This document shows positions 10,172 through 17,897 of a stretch of DNA of 64,000 nucleotides, in pieces. Origin of the DNA: Parcubacteria group bacterium LiPW_30 (GTDB lineage: Bacteria; Patescibacteriota; Minisyncoccia; Phycocordibacterales; VMEP01); contig VMEP01000001.1 in assembly GCA_007375595.1 (NCBI GenBank), positions 479,184 to 543,183 on the forward strand, read 5' to 3'. Numbering within the stretch: the stretch's first letter is position 1; each line of letters begins with the position of its first letter. The position numbers were made by a program, and so were the translations under genes. The notes under the pieces are model-generated. The model was not told the DNA's origin. It searched no databases and saw only the letters and a list, made by a program, of their open reading frames with translations.

Positions 10172-10194
10172 TTTTGGAGGTTAAACCTCCAAAA
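10172..10194 (+). terminator. Palindromic hairpin TTTTGGAGGTT-TAA-ACCTCCAAAA after uvrA
   Basis: Perfect palindrome with a weak T-tract. Possibly bidirectional. Confidence 0.4.
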
Positions 10195-10212
10195 TTAATA
10201 AACTTATGTTGA

Positions 10213-10254
10213 TAAAAAATAAATGCAAAAGGGCGACGCAATAAGCGTCGCCCT
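10213..10254 (-). terminator. Intrinsic terminator for the minus-strand gene (AGGGCGACGC-AATAA-GCGTCGCCCT plus T-tract on minus strand)
   Basis: 10-bp GC stem. The A-tract on the + strand is the T-tract on the minus strand. Confidence 0.6.
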
Positions 10255-10279
10255 AGTATTTTGCCGAAGGTGCTTTACC

Positions 10280-10699
10280 TTAGGCTGCTTGTTTCTTCTC
10301 GTCGGGAATTGCTTTGTGTATGAACGGGTTTATGACCCGACACCACTCTTCCCAGAGCTCTCTCGTGGCTTTCACGTGAGTTGACTCATATTGCCCCCAT
10401 ATTTCCCCCATGGTTACCCAGAAGTGTTCGCTTCTGATGATACACTCGTCTCCGAACAACTTTCTGATTTGATCGTTGTTTTCTGCCGAGACGAAGATCG
10501 AACCGCTTTCTCCAGAGAAATAAATCTCGATACTTTCCCTGGTGATTTTTATTGCGCTGATCTCCGCCTCAACAAAGAGGGAAGCGAGCTTGTGTAGCTC
10601 GTGACAACTGTTTTCGGCCATTTCGGCCATGAATGACGCGATTATCTCCCTACCGCGGAAATCCATTTTTTTCATTAGGAGCCCTTTCACTAGAAACAA
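10280..10699 (-). CDS. Hypothetical protein (132-139 aa), GC-rich ORFan between uvrA and uvrC
   Basis: Likely start at the second ATG (10675, MKKMDFRG), which has AAAGGG upstream. About 50% GC. No recognisable domain. Confidence 0.45.
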   Translation of the reverse strand: MFLVKGLLMKKMDFRGREIIASFMAEMAENSCHELHKLASLFVEAEISAIKITRESIEIYFSGESGSIFVSAENNDQIRKLFGDECIIRSEHFWVTMGEIWGQYESTHVKATRELWEEWCRVINPFIHKAIPDEKKQAA

Positions 10700-10807
10700 A
10701 AACGACGCTCAGTTGAGCGTTTCCGTTTAATACTATACTATACAAATTACAAAATTGCAACCCTGTGTTGAGTCAGCTTGGTACGGGATAGGGTTCGCTA
10801 AAAATTT

Positions 10808-12040
10808 ATGATCATTAAAGATTTTTCAAAATTTAAACTGCCCACAAAACCAGGTATATACCGCTTTTTAGGAGTGCGCAACGAAGTTTTATATGTTGGT
10901 AAAGCAACGTCACTTAAGGAACGTGTACGAAGTTATTTCTCAAAAGACCTAAACAAAATGCGTGGGGCACAAATTGGCGCCATGGTTTTGCAAGCGCGTA
11001 AGATTGATTGGCAGACTACCGATTCAGTTCTTGAAGCACTTTTACTTGAAGCAAGTTTAATTAAAAAATGGAAACCAAAGTATAATACTAAAGAAAAAGA
11101 CGACAAGAGTTTTAATTGTGTCGTTATAACTAACGAGCTCTTTCCAAAAGTTCTTGTTATCAGAAAGAGAGAAATTGATTTTGATGAACTGAGAGCCAGA
11201 AACTATAAGCTGAAAACTATCTTCGGTCCGTTCCCAAATGGCGGGGCTTTGCGCGACGCGATGAAATTAATACGAAAGATTTTTCCATTTCGTGATAAAT
11301 GTAATCCATCATCCAAAAATTCAAAACCATGCTTTGAGAGACAAATTGGATTATGCCCCGGTGTGTGTACCGGAGAAATTTCTAGTGCCGACTATAAAAA
11401 ACACATCAAACTCCTTTCGTTATTTTTTGAAGGAAAAAAGAGAACACTTTTATCGGAGATTAAAAAGAATATGAAGCAGTCGGCAAAAGAGCAAAAATTT
11501 GAAGAAGCACAACGTTTAAAGAAAATCCTTTTTTCACTTGAACATATCCAAGATATCGCTTTAATTAAACGTGAGCCGGAAGCTTTTAATGAAGATGTTT
11601 TTAGGATTGAAGCGTATGATATTGCGCATATCTCTGGGAAGCAAATGGTTGGGGTGATGACGGTGGTTGAAAATGGAGAAGTTAAAAAATCAGATTACCG
11701 TAAATTTAAAGTAAGCGGTTTTTCGAAGGCGAATGATACTGGTGCGCTGTCCGAGGTTTTAAGACGTAGATTTAATCACGGAGAATGGAAGTTTCCCAAC
11801 CTTATTGTCGTAGATGGCGGTCGTGCACAGCTAAATATCGCGCATAGTATTGCAAAGGAGGTGAATATTAAGACCAAAATTGTTTCAGTTGTTAAAGACG
11901 AAAAACATCGTGCCCGAGAGATTTTTGGTGATGTAGATATATGGAAAGGTAAGGAGAGACAGATTTTCCTTGCAAATAGTGAGGCACATAGATTTGCAAT
12001 TAAGTATCACCGGGAGTTAAGAGATAAAATTCGTAAATAA
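10808..12040 (+). CDS. uvrC: Excinuclease ABC subunit C, short form (GIY-YIG plus UVR plus RNase H-like domains; no C-terminal HhH)
   Basis: GIY-YIG motif PGIYRFLG...LYVGKA, a Cys-rich CFERQIGLCPGVC region and an RNase H-like IEAYDIAHISG...VVDGGRAQL. Only 410 aa against about 600 in model bacteria. Confidence 0.8.
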   Translation: MIIKDFSKFKLPTKPGIYRFLGVRNEVLYVGKATSLKERVRSYFSKDLNKMRGAQIGAMVLQARKIDWQTTDSVLEALLLEASLIKKWKPKYNTKEKDDKSFNCVVITNELFPKVLVIRKREIDFDELRARNYKLKTIFGPFPNGGALRDAMKLIRKIFPFRDKCNPSSKNSKPCFERQIGLCPGVCTGEISSADYKKHIKLLSLFFEGKKRTLLSEIKKNMKQSAKEQKFEEAQRLKKILFSLEHIQDIALIKREPEAFNEDVFRIEAYDIAHISGKQMVGVMTVVENGEVKKSDYRKFKVSGFSKANDTGALSEVLRRRFNHGEWKFPNLIVVDGGRAQLNIAHSIAKEVNIKTKIVSVVKDEKHRAREIFGDVDIWKGKERQIFLANSEAHRFAIKYHRELRDKIRK

Positions 12041-12058
12041 CTTTGCTATAATGTTTTT

Positions 12059-13030
12059 ATGACAGCAATTCGAGTCGGAGTGCTCCGAGGAGGAGTTTCA
12101 AATGAGTATGATGTTTCCCTAAAAACAGGGGGTAATGTGCTTAATGTTTTGCCAAAAAATAAATATAAAGGGATAGACGTTCTTATGGAAAAGGACGGAA
12201 CTATTGTTGTAAACGGAATTACATCAAAATTTAGCGATTTATCAAAACACGTTGATGTCGTTTTTAACGCACTTCATGGAGAATTCGGTGAGGATGGAAG
12301 GGTTCAGCAACTTTTAGAAAGTACAGGAATTCCATATACGGGATCGTCTGCAATGCCATCATCTCTTGGGATGAATAAGGTGATTTCAAAAGAATTTGCC
12401 GAGAGGGCGGGGATGAATGTTCCAAAGCATATTTTGATTAAGCGTGAAGAAGTTTCTGATATACCAGAATTTTCTCTTGGTTTATTTAAAAGTATTTCAC
12501 AACCAAGAATAATAAAACCAATTTTCGGTGGTTCTTCTGTTGGGATGACGTTTGCATCAAATTTAGAAAAATTAAAAGAGGGAATTGAAGAAGGGTTTAA
12601 GCATGAAGACGTGATAATGCTCGAAGAACACATTTTAGGGAAAGAAGTTACGTGTGGAGTTATTGATAATTTTAGGGGACAAAAAAGTTACGCACTTCCA
12701 GTTGTTGAAATTCAACCACCAAAAGAAAATAGTTTTTTTGATTACGATGCAAAGTATAGCGGAAAAAGTAGAGAGATTTGTCCTTCTTACTTACCAGCCG
12801 AATTGAAAAAAAAGATTGAAGAGATGGCGGTGTTGATTCATGAGCAATTAGGGTTAAGGCATTATTCTCGTTCGGATTTTATTATCGGCAGAAATAAGGT
12901 TTATTTTATTGAAGTTAATACACTCCCGGGTCTTACAGAAGAATCTCTTTTGCCAAAATCCCTTGAAGTTATTGGTTTGAATATGCCTGATTTTGTTGAT
13001 CATGTGATTAGACTTGCTCTCTTAAAATAA
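12059..13030 (+). CDS. ddl: D-alanine--D-alanine ligase
   Basis: ATP-grasp Ddl architecture: N-terminal GGVSNEYDVSL and C-terminal EVNTLPGLT. Confidence 0.85.
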   Translation: MTAIRVGVLRGGVSNEYDVSLKTGGNVLNVLPKNKYKGIDVLMEKDGTIVVNGITSKFSDLSKHVDVVFNALHGEFGEDGRVQQLLESTGIPYTGSSAMPSSLGMNKVISKEFAERAGMNVPKHILIKREEVSDIPEFSLGLFKSISQPRIIKPIFGGSSVGMTFASNLEKLKEGIEEGFKHEDVIMLEEHILGKEVTCGVIDNFRGQKSYALPVVEIQPPKENSFFDYDAKYSGKSREICPSYLPAELKKKIEEMAVLIHEQLGLRHYSRSDFIIGRNKVYFIEVNTLPGLTEESLLPKSLEVIGLNMPDFVDHVIRLALLK

Positions 13031-13152
13031 TAAGGTAGTATATTCAGGTAGTCGGAAGTTTGAAAGTTTATAAAGTCCATAAAGTACGGAGATAAAAGGT
13101 TTAGTTTTAGGTTACTTTTAACTTTGAGACTTTTTAACTTTTAACTAAAGTA

Positions 13153-13225
13153 GGGCCGTTAGCTCATCTGGTAGAGCACCGCATTTGCAATGCGGGGGTG
13201 GCAGGTTCGAGTCCTGTACGGTCCA
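13153..13225 (+). tRNA. tRNA-Ala (anticodon TGC)
   Basis: Manual fold: acceptor GGGCCGT with G3:U70 (Ala identity), anticodon loop TTTGCAA, T-loop TTCGAGT, discriminator A. No encoded CCA. Confidence 0.9.
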
Positions 13226-13232
13226 CAAAATT

Positions 13233-13257
13233 AATCCGCGTAAGCGGATTTTTTGTT
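13233..13257 (+). terminator. Hairpin AATCCGC-GTAA-GCGGATT plus T6 after tRNA-Ala
   Basis: Stem-loop directly followed by TTTTTTG. Confidence 0.5.
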
Positions 13258-13660
13258 GGAACGTAAAAAACTGCTGGGAGCAGTTTTGCCAGGACTCGAA
13301 AAGCGGAGCGGGGTACCCATGCACCAGCATGGGTCGCGAGCTGCGGACACGAGAAAAATTTTCGACGGAAAATTTTTACTCGCGGAAGAGTCCTGTACGG
13401 TCCACAATGATTCGCTGAGCACATTGTGTAGTTATTTGTGCGAAGCATCATTGTCAGACCTTACTGATGAGAAAGCCGGAGCGCGACGGCGCGAGTCGGG
13501 TGAGAAAGCGAAGAATGAAGCTTTCGCAAGGTCGGACTGAGCGAAGGCGAAGGAGACGGGGTCGCGGGTTTTGCTAGCAAGCAAAAACCTGTGACCGCAC
13601 AAATTTTCAGCAGAAAATTATGGAAAGTAAAAGGTTGCTATTATTTTTAATAATTACTAA
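13258..13660 (+). other. GC-rich, hairpin-dense non-coding region (candidate structured RNA or degenerate integrated element)
   Basis: No convincing ORF in any frame, only overlapping short ORFs. Multiple stem-loops, including CTGCT-GGG-AGCAG, CCCATGC-ACCA-GCATGGG, AAAATTTTC-GACG-GAAAATTTT and GGTTTTGCT-AGC-AAGCAAAAACC. Contains modules shared with other intergenic loci. Confidence 0.3.
13389..13408 (+). repeat. Exact 20-bp direct repeat of the tRNA-Ala 3' end (GAGTCCTGTACGGTCCACAA, also at 13209-13228)
   Basis: Identical 20-mer 160 bp downstream of the tRNA, the pattern expected of an attL/attR-type remnant. Confidence 0.8.
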
Positions 13661-13669
13661 TATAAACAT

Positions 13670-14443
13670 ATGAAAAAAATATTATCTATATTTGCTTTAA
13701 TCCTTATGTTTGCAGCCGCTGAATCTGCCTACGCGACGCTCATTCCTTATACCTCTCAAGAAAGACCGGAATTGGGTGAGATGTACAAAGTTACGCAGGA
13801 AGTCAAAAAGGGCTGGAATCTCATCCCAGCTTTTAATATGAACTACGACCTTTCTGGTTATGACCGAGGTAGTGTTCCGAAATCTGAATACAAAGCGAGA
13901 GGCCCAATATCTTTTGATAGTGAAATACAAAAGGAAAATATACAAGCATTGTTTTACTACTCAGCTAATCAAAATAAATACTTGAATTTTTGGCCAAATG
14001 TAAACGAGGCGTGGGATGGTATTGGAAAAGATGTCTACGCTTTAGGCATAGACCCAAACAATGAACAAGACACAAAAATTCATAATTACCTTTTGACAAG
14101 CGGAATGTGGTTGTACTCCAACAAAGATGGAATTCTGAAATACGAAATGTTTGCGGGGCAAATGAAGGAGTTAATGAACAAAAGAAAATTACTCAAAGGT
14201 TGGAATTTTGTTGTTGTAACTCCTGACATGGGAACAAAAACTTTTGAAGAAATAGTGGGCACATGCAAAATAGAAAAATCATACTACTACGATAGTGTTG
14301 ATACTAAACAATGGATATCTTTTCCGGTTGATCGCATCAAAGACGCAACAGGGATAGTATGGGTTGTGAAAGTTTCAAATAATTGCCAACTTGGAACGAG
14401 TGGTTCCGTCCCTGTTGCGCCATTACCACAATTGCCAAATTAA
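13670..14443 (+). CDS. Hypothetical secreted protein (257 aa)
   Basis: Signal-peptide-like N-terminus (MKKILSIFALILMFAAAESAYA). No recognisable domain. Confidence 0.5.
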   Translation: MKKILSIFALILMFAAAESAYATLIPYTSQERPELGEMYKVTQEVKKGWNLIPAFNMNYDLSGYDRGSVPKSEYKARGPISFDSEIQKENIQALFYYSANQNKYLNFWPNVNEAWDGIGKDVYALGIDPNNEQDTKIHNYLLTSGMWLYSNKDGILKYEMFAGQMKELMNKRKLLKGWNFVVVTPDMGTKTFEEIVGTCKIEKSYYYDSVDTKQWISFPVDRIKDATGIVWVVKVSNNCQLGTSGSVPVAPLPQLPN

Positions 14444-14448
14444 AATTT

Positions 14449-14715
14449 ATGAACAAATGGATAGTCGTTATAATTATATTGGTCTTGGTGGCGCTTGGCA
14501 TAGGTTTTTATCTGAACAAAAAAAATAACGATTCAACTTTGTATCCGCCAGCATTTCCAAGCGATGAATCCTCTCAAGCCACTCAATCTAACAAAGAAGT
14601 TATAAATAATTTTGGTGTAGACAAAACAACTTCGACGCAAACGTCACTAACACAGAAAAAAACTGAAACACAAAAACCGTCGGCAATACCTAAACCCCCA
14701 GAACTTCCACAGTAA
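14449..14715 (+). CDS. Small membrane-anchored protein with low-complexity T/S/P/Q-rich tail
   Basis: Internal ATG at 14449 (MNKWIVVIIILVLVALGIGF) avoids overlap with the upstream gene. One TM helix. Confidence 0.4.
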   Translation: MNKWIVVIIILVLVALGIGFYLNKKNNDSTLYPPAFPSDESSQATQSNKEVINNFGVDKTTSTQTSLTQKKTETQKPSAIPKPPELPQ

Positions 14716-14770
14716 TAGTTTACTTTAGTCCACCAAAACCACTTTAAAATATTTGTATTGACGCACATCT

Positions 14771-15109
14771 ATGCCAACCGTAAATATCTTCTACAAAGAT
14801 TCAGAAAAAGAACCGCCACTCCAAGCATTAGTGGGCGGACTTAAGGATTATATCGCTGAAGAATTAACCTGTGGAGATATTAAGTTAAAACCAAACGAAG
14901 TAAGCATCCGTCTTATTGAGGTTACTGGCGGTGAAATGATCGGTGCCGTAGAAGTTGAGATAACTGCTCACTCTTTTGCAGAACGAGTGAAAAAACAGGA
15001 TGAAATTTGTCTTAAAATTATGGAGTATATACAAAAAGAAAACCCTTCGCTGAGAGAAGTTAAAGTTTGGTTGCAACTTTCTGAATTAGGACATAGTTGG
15101 AAAGAGTAA
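14771..15109 (+). CDS. Hypothetical protein (112 aa)
   Basis: Intact ORF with no recognisable motif. Confidence 0.4.
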   Translation: MPTVNIFYKDSEKEPPLQALVGGLKDYIAEELTCGDIKLKPNEVSIRLIEVTGGEMIGAVEVEITAHSFAERVKKQDEICLKIMEYIQKENPSLREVKVWLQLSELGHSWKE

Positions 15110-15179
15110 CTTCCCAAACAGCCAATTCTTTTATAATTTTGTTTCAATCAACACAGACGTAGTCCACAAAATAAAGAAG

Positions 15180-15215
15180 CCAGATATCAAAGTATCTGGT
15201 GTTTTTTATTTTTGT
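15180..15215 (+). terminator. Intrinsic terminator (CCAGATA-TCAAAG-TATCTGG plus T-rich tail)
   Basis: 7-bp stem followed by TGTTTTTTATTTTTG. Confidence 0.6.
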
Positions 15216-15273
15216 ATGTGGCTGAGTTCCTGTTAAATTGTTTTTGCAAAAATGTTAAAATATCACCATAATT

Positions 15274-15468
15274 ATGTTTTCTTTAGAACCACAATTTTTT
15301 GATATTTTCGGTTTTGTTGTTTTTGTCTATATTACTTTATTGTCTTGGTTATTATTGCGTAGAATTTATGTAAAAAAGTGGATGATTATTGTTTTGTTTT
15401 TAATAGGAGTTATAGGCCTATTGGTTGATGGTTCTGTTGTTTATGTTTATTATTTGAAATCATTTTAA
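15274..15468 (+). CDS. Small two-TM membrane protein (64 aa)
   Basis: Hydrophobic ORF; could be spurious in AT-rich DNA. Confidence 0.3.
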   Translation: MFSLEPQFFDIFGFVVFVYITLLSWLLLRRIYVKKWMIIVLFLIGVIGLLVDGSVVYVYYLKSF

Positions 15469-15478
15469 TTTTTTATAT

Positions 15479-15820
15479 ATGAATCAATTAGAACAGCCAT
15501 CTTCAAAAAAACCAGAGTTGTCGGCGGTTGATAGTGAAAAAGTTTTTTTAGTGCGTAATTTTTTACAGCTTTATCATGCTCAAAGAAAGACAGGCGTAGA
15601 TGCTGAACTGTATTCCCCAAATAAAGAAGAAAATGAAATTATAGCAGAAGAAACAAGAAATTTCGGTAGTGAATTTCATGATTGGATTGATACAGAAGAA
15701 GGTAAGTTCGTAGTTGAAAATTACACCAAAAACCATTCCTTAGAAGAGGTTGGAAAATTCGAAGATATGGAAGACGTTATGAAGAAGTACGAAGCGTATT
15801 GCGCCAAAACACTCCATTAA
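15479..15820 (+). CDS. Hypothetical acidic protein (113 aa)
   Basis: Intact ORF with no motif. Confidence 0.4.
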   Translation: MNQLEQPSSKKPELSAVDSEKVFLVRNFLQLYHAQRKTGVDAELYSPNKEENEIIAEETRNFGSEFHDWIDTEEGKFVVENYTKNHSLEEVGKFEDMEDVMKKYEAYCAKTLH

Positions 15821-15824
15821 TTTT

Positions 15825-16085
15825 TTACTTACTCTCTTCGGTTTTGTCCTTCATTTTACTAAACACAAAGATATAGAGTATTTCAAGAATTCCAATAGTG
15901 TTTATTAAGAGCATGGCGATAAACCACCACTTCTTTCCTAGCTGTGCTGATTTCCAGAGGGCTAGCCCCTTCCACACCAAACTCCAAACTAAAAGCACTG
16001 CGAACAAAAAACTCAGGTATGGAATTAATTGGGGGTTGCTTGCTATGTATTGATCTAAAAAACTTTGTGAAAAAATTTGGTTCAT
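15825..16085 (-). CDS. Small membrane protein (86 aa)
   Basis: Two predicted TM helices; convergent with the upstream + strand genes. Confidence 0.4.
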   Translation of the reverse strand: MNQIFSQSFLDQYIASNPQLIPYLSFLFAVLLVWSLVWKGLALWKSAQLGKKWWFIAMLLINTIGILEILYIFVFSKMKDKTEESK

Positions 16086-16096
16086 TGTGTTTGTTT

Positions 16097-17101
16097 TTAA
16101 TAATAACGATTAATATTTTTAACGTGTTCTTGGTATGTTACAGAGCAGTGGATATTCCTTCTTTTATCGTGTAGATAAAAGAGGCACTCTGTTTTTTTTG
16201 GATTTAATGCAGCTTGGATTGCTGCCATGCTTGGACTTGAGATTGGTGATGGTGGAAGCCCTTTGTTCTGATACGTATTATATGGTGATTCTATGTATTT
16301 GTCTTCAGATAATACTTTTGGCCACCAACCATTTTTCTCAGATCCTTTTGCGTATTGTAATGTTGCGTCAATATCTAAGCTCATTCCGTTGAAAATACGA
16401 TTCCAGATAATCCCCGAAATAAGACGCATATCACGGGTCCCGTTTGATTCACGTTCGATTATTGAGGCTATCTTGAGAGCAGTTTCTATTGAGATTATGG
16501 ATTTGGTTGAACTAGCAAACTTATCAGCAATTTCTTCCTTAAATTCACTTATCATTACCTCAGCAACCTTTTCTGGCGGTGTGTTTTTTTCAAAAGAATA
16601 ACCAGTTGGGAAATAATACCCTTCGGTAAATTTTATATCATCAAGAGCAACCACACTTCTTGTTGTTAGAAAAATATTTTCAGCCTTTGCATCCCAGTTT
16701 AATTTTTTTGCGAGAATGTCGGCAATTTCTTCTTTCCGCATTCCCGGTTGTACACGTATATGTTTAATAGATGGATTTGCAAGCGATGCGACAGAGGAAA
16801 TATTGTCACTTAAAATTTCATAAACCTTCATTGAGATTTCTCGCGCAAGCTGAGCATCTTTATTTTCAGGCTCAAATCGATCGTCAGCAATCGTCTTTTT
16901 TATCGGGTTAACTGTAACAATAAAGTTTTGGTCTGGAGAAAGAGATTCTTTTTTCCCGGCCAGATATAGGATTATTATTGCAACAAAAAATAGTACAAGA
17001 AAAAATCCAGTTGCAATTATTTTTTTACTAAGGAGTTTTGTTTTTTGTTGAGTTCTTGGAATTCTTTTTGATATCCTTTTCGTGGTGGTTCTAGATTTCA
17101 T
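16097..17101 (-). CDS. mltG: Endolytic murein transglycosylase MltG (YceG-like), paralog 1
   Basis: N-terminal TM and a C-terminal YceG signature (SPYNTYQNKGLPPSPISSPS...AALNP...LFYL). Confidence 0.75.
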   Translation of the reverse strand: MKSRTTTKRISKRIPRTQQKTKLLSKKIIATGFFLVLFFVAIIILYLAGKKESLSPDQNFIVTVNPIKKTIADDRFEPENKDAQLAREISMKVYEILSDNISSVASLANPSIKHIRVQPGMRKEEIADILAKKLNWDAKAENIFLTTRSVVALDDIKFTEGYYFPTGYSFEKNTPPEKVAEVMISEFKEEIADKFASSTKSIISIETALKIASIIERESNGTRDMRLISGIIWNRIFNGMSLDIDATLQYAKGSEKNGWWPKVLSEDKYIESPYNTYQNKGLPPSPISSPSMAAIQAALNPKKTECLFYLHDKRRNIHCSVTYQEHVKNINRYY

Positions 17102-17203
17102 CTATATAGTATAAGTTAATTTGTATCTGTTTAGAAGTCTTTATTTTTTTAATAAATGATTTTTATGTGTTGACCAATTTAGGGTATAGGGTATGCTAAA
17201 CGA

Positions 17204-17399
17204 AGGCACCTTAAGGAGAAAACCATGAAATTCGAATATTTGAGTGACGTTCACGGAAGTATTTCTGGCCTCATGCTTGCCTGGTGGTTTGCGACCTTTG
17301 TGCATGGGCCAGCCGTTATTTATGCCCATGCCATGAGCTTTCCGCTGAAAAAGACAGAGGATGAGGTGGAGAAATAGTCTTCTCGCCAGGCACCTTAAG
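17204..17399. repeat. 12-bp direct repeat AGGCACCTTAAG (17204-17215 and 17388-17399) bracketing a small GC-rich ORF
   Basis: Exact 12-mers on both sides of the 50-aa ORF. Confidence 0.4.
17225..17377 (+). CDS. Small hydrophobic peptide (50 aa) with a strong Shine-Dalgarno sequence
   Basis: AAGGAG 6 nt upstream of the ATG. Peptide MKFEYLSDVHGSISGLMLAWWFATFVHGPAVIYAHAMSFPLKKTEDEVEK. About 47% GC. Below the 60-aa cutoff of the ORF track. Confidence 0.35.
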   Translation: MKFEYLSDVHGSISGLMLAWWFATFVHGPAVIYAHAMSFPLKKTEDEVEK

Positions 17400-17443
17400 T
17401 CATCGCCGGAAAACGTGTTTTGTGGTTTAATAAATTTGGTAAA

Positions 17444-17476
17444 ACACCGTCTGTGTAATTTTTAAACAGACGGTGT
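17444..17476 (-). terminator. Strong hairpin ACACCGTCTGT-(11 nt)-ACAGACGGTGT with T-rich run on the minus strand
   Basis: 11-bp perfect stem. The orientation fits a minus-strand transcript, which could be antisense to the small ORF. Confidence 0.35.
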
Positions 17477-17530
17477 AACCAATATTTATTAATGCTTGAT
17501 ACCCTTTATAAATAAAGATAAAAAAATATT

Positions 17531-17890
17531 ATGAATTTTGGAGAACATGACCCAGCACAGCGAAAAGAGGTTTTTATTTCTGATGAAGATATAACAACCC
17601 CATTGATTAAAAAGGAAGGTCGTAGTTTAGAAATCTCGGACATCGAAGAAGATTTTTATGAGCGAGTTGACGCCATAAATCAACTTATCGGTAATCTTAT
17701 GGTGTTGCGCGAAGTTGATGGGCCATCATCTGAAAACGTTGATATGTTGGAAAAACAAATTATTGGCGTAAAGAATGAATTAGGTGGTTATTTAGCTACT
17801 GTCGTAAAAGAAGGACACAACGTAGCGCTAAGAGAAGATATTGAAGATGTTTTGCAAAAAATTAGCAAAGCAATCGGAACGATTCAGTAA
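17531..17890 (+). CDS. Hypothetical protein (119 aa)
   Basis: Intact ORF with no motif. Confidence 0.4.
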   Translation: MNFGEHDPAQRKEVFISDEDITTPLIKKEGRSLEISDIEEDFYERVDAINQLIGNLMVLREVDGPSSENVDMLEKQIIGVKNELGGYLATVVKEGHNVALREDIEDVLQKISKAIGTIQ

Positions 17891-17897
17891 ATAAAGC

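Noticed and set aside
13145-13540. Cluster of five overlapping 61-95-aa ORFs on both strands around tRNA-Ala
   Set aside because: They overlap the tRNA and each other in a GC-rich hairpin-dense region and have no RBS. They are artefacts of high GC in non-coding DNA.
15162-15172. Third partial copy of the tRNA-Ala 3' end (GTCCACAAAAT) as the distal att of a 1.9-kb island
   Set aside because: Only an 11-bp exact match, with a chance expectation of a few percent in 64 kb, and no integrase present. It is mentioned inside the att finding but not called as a feature.
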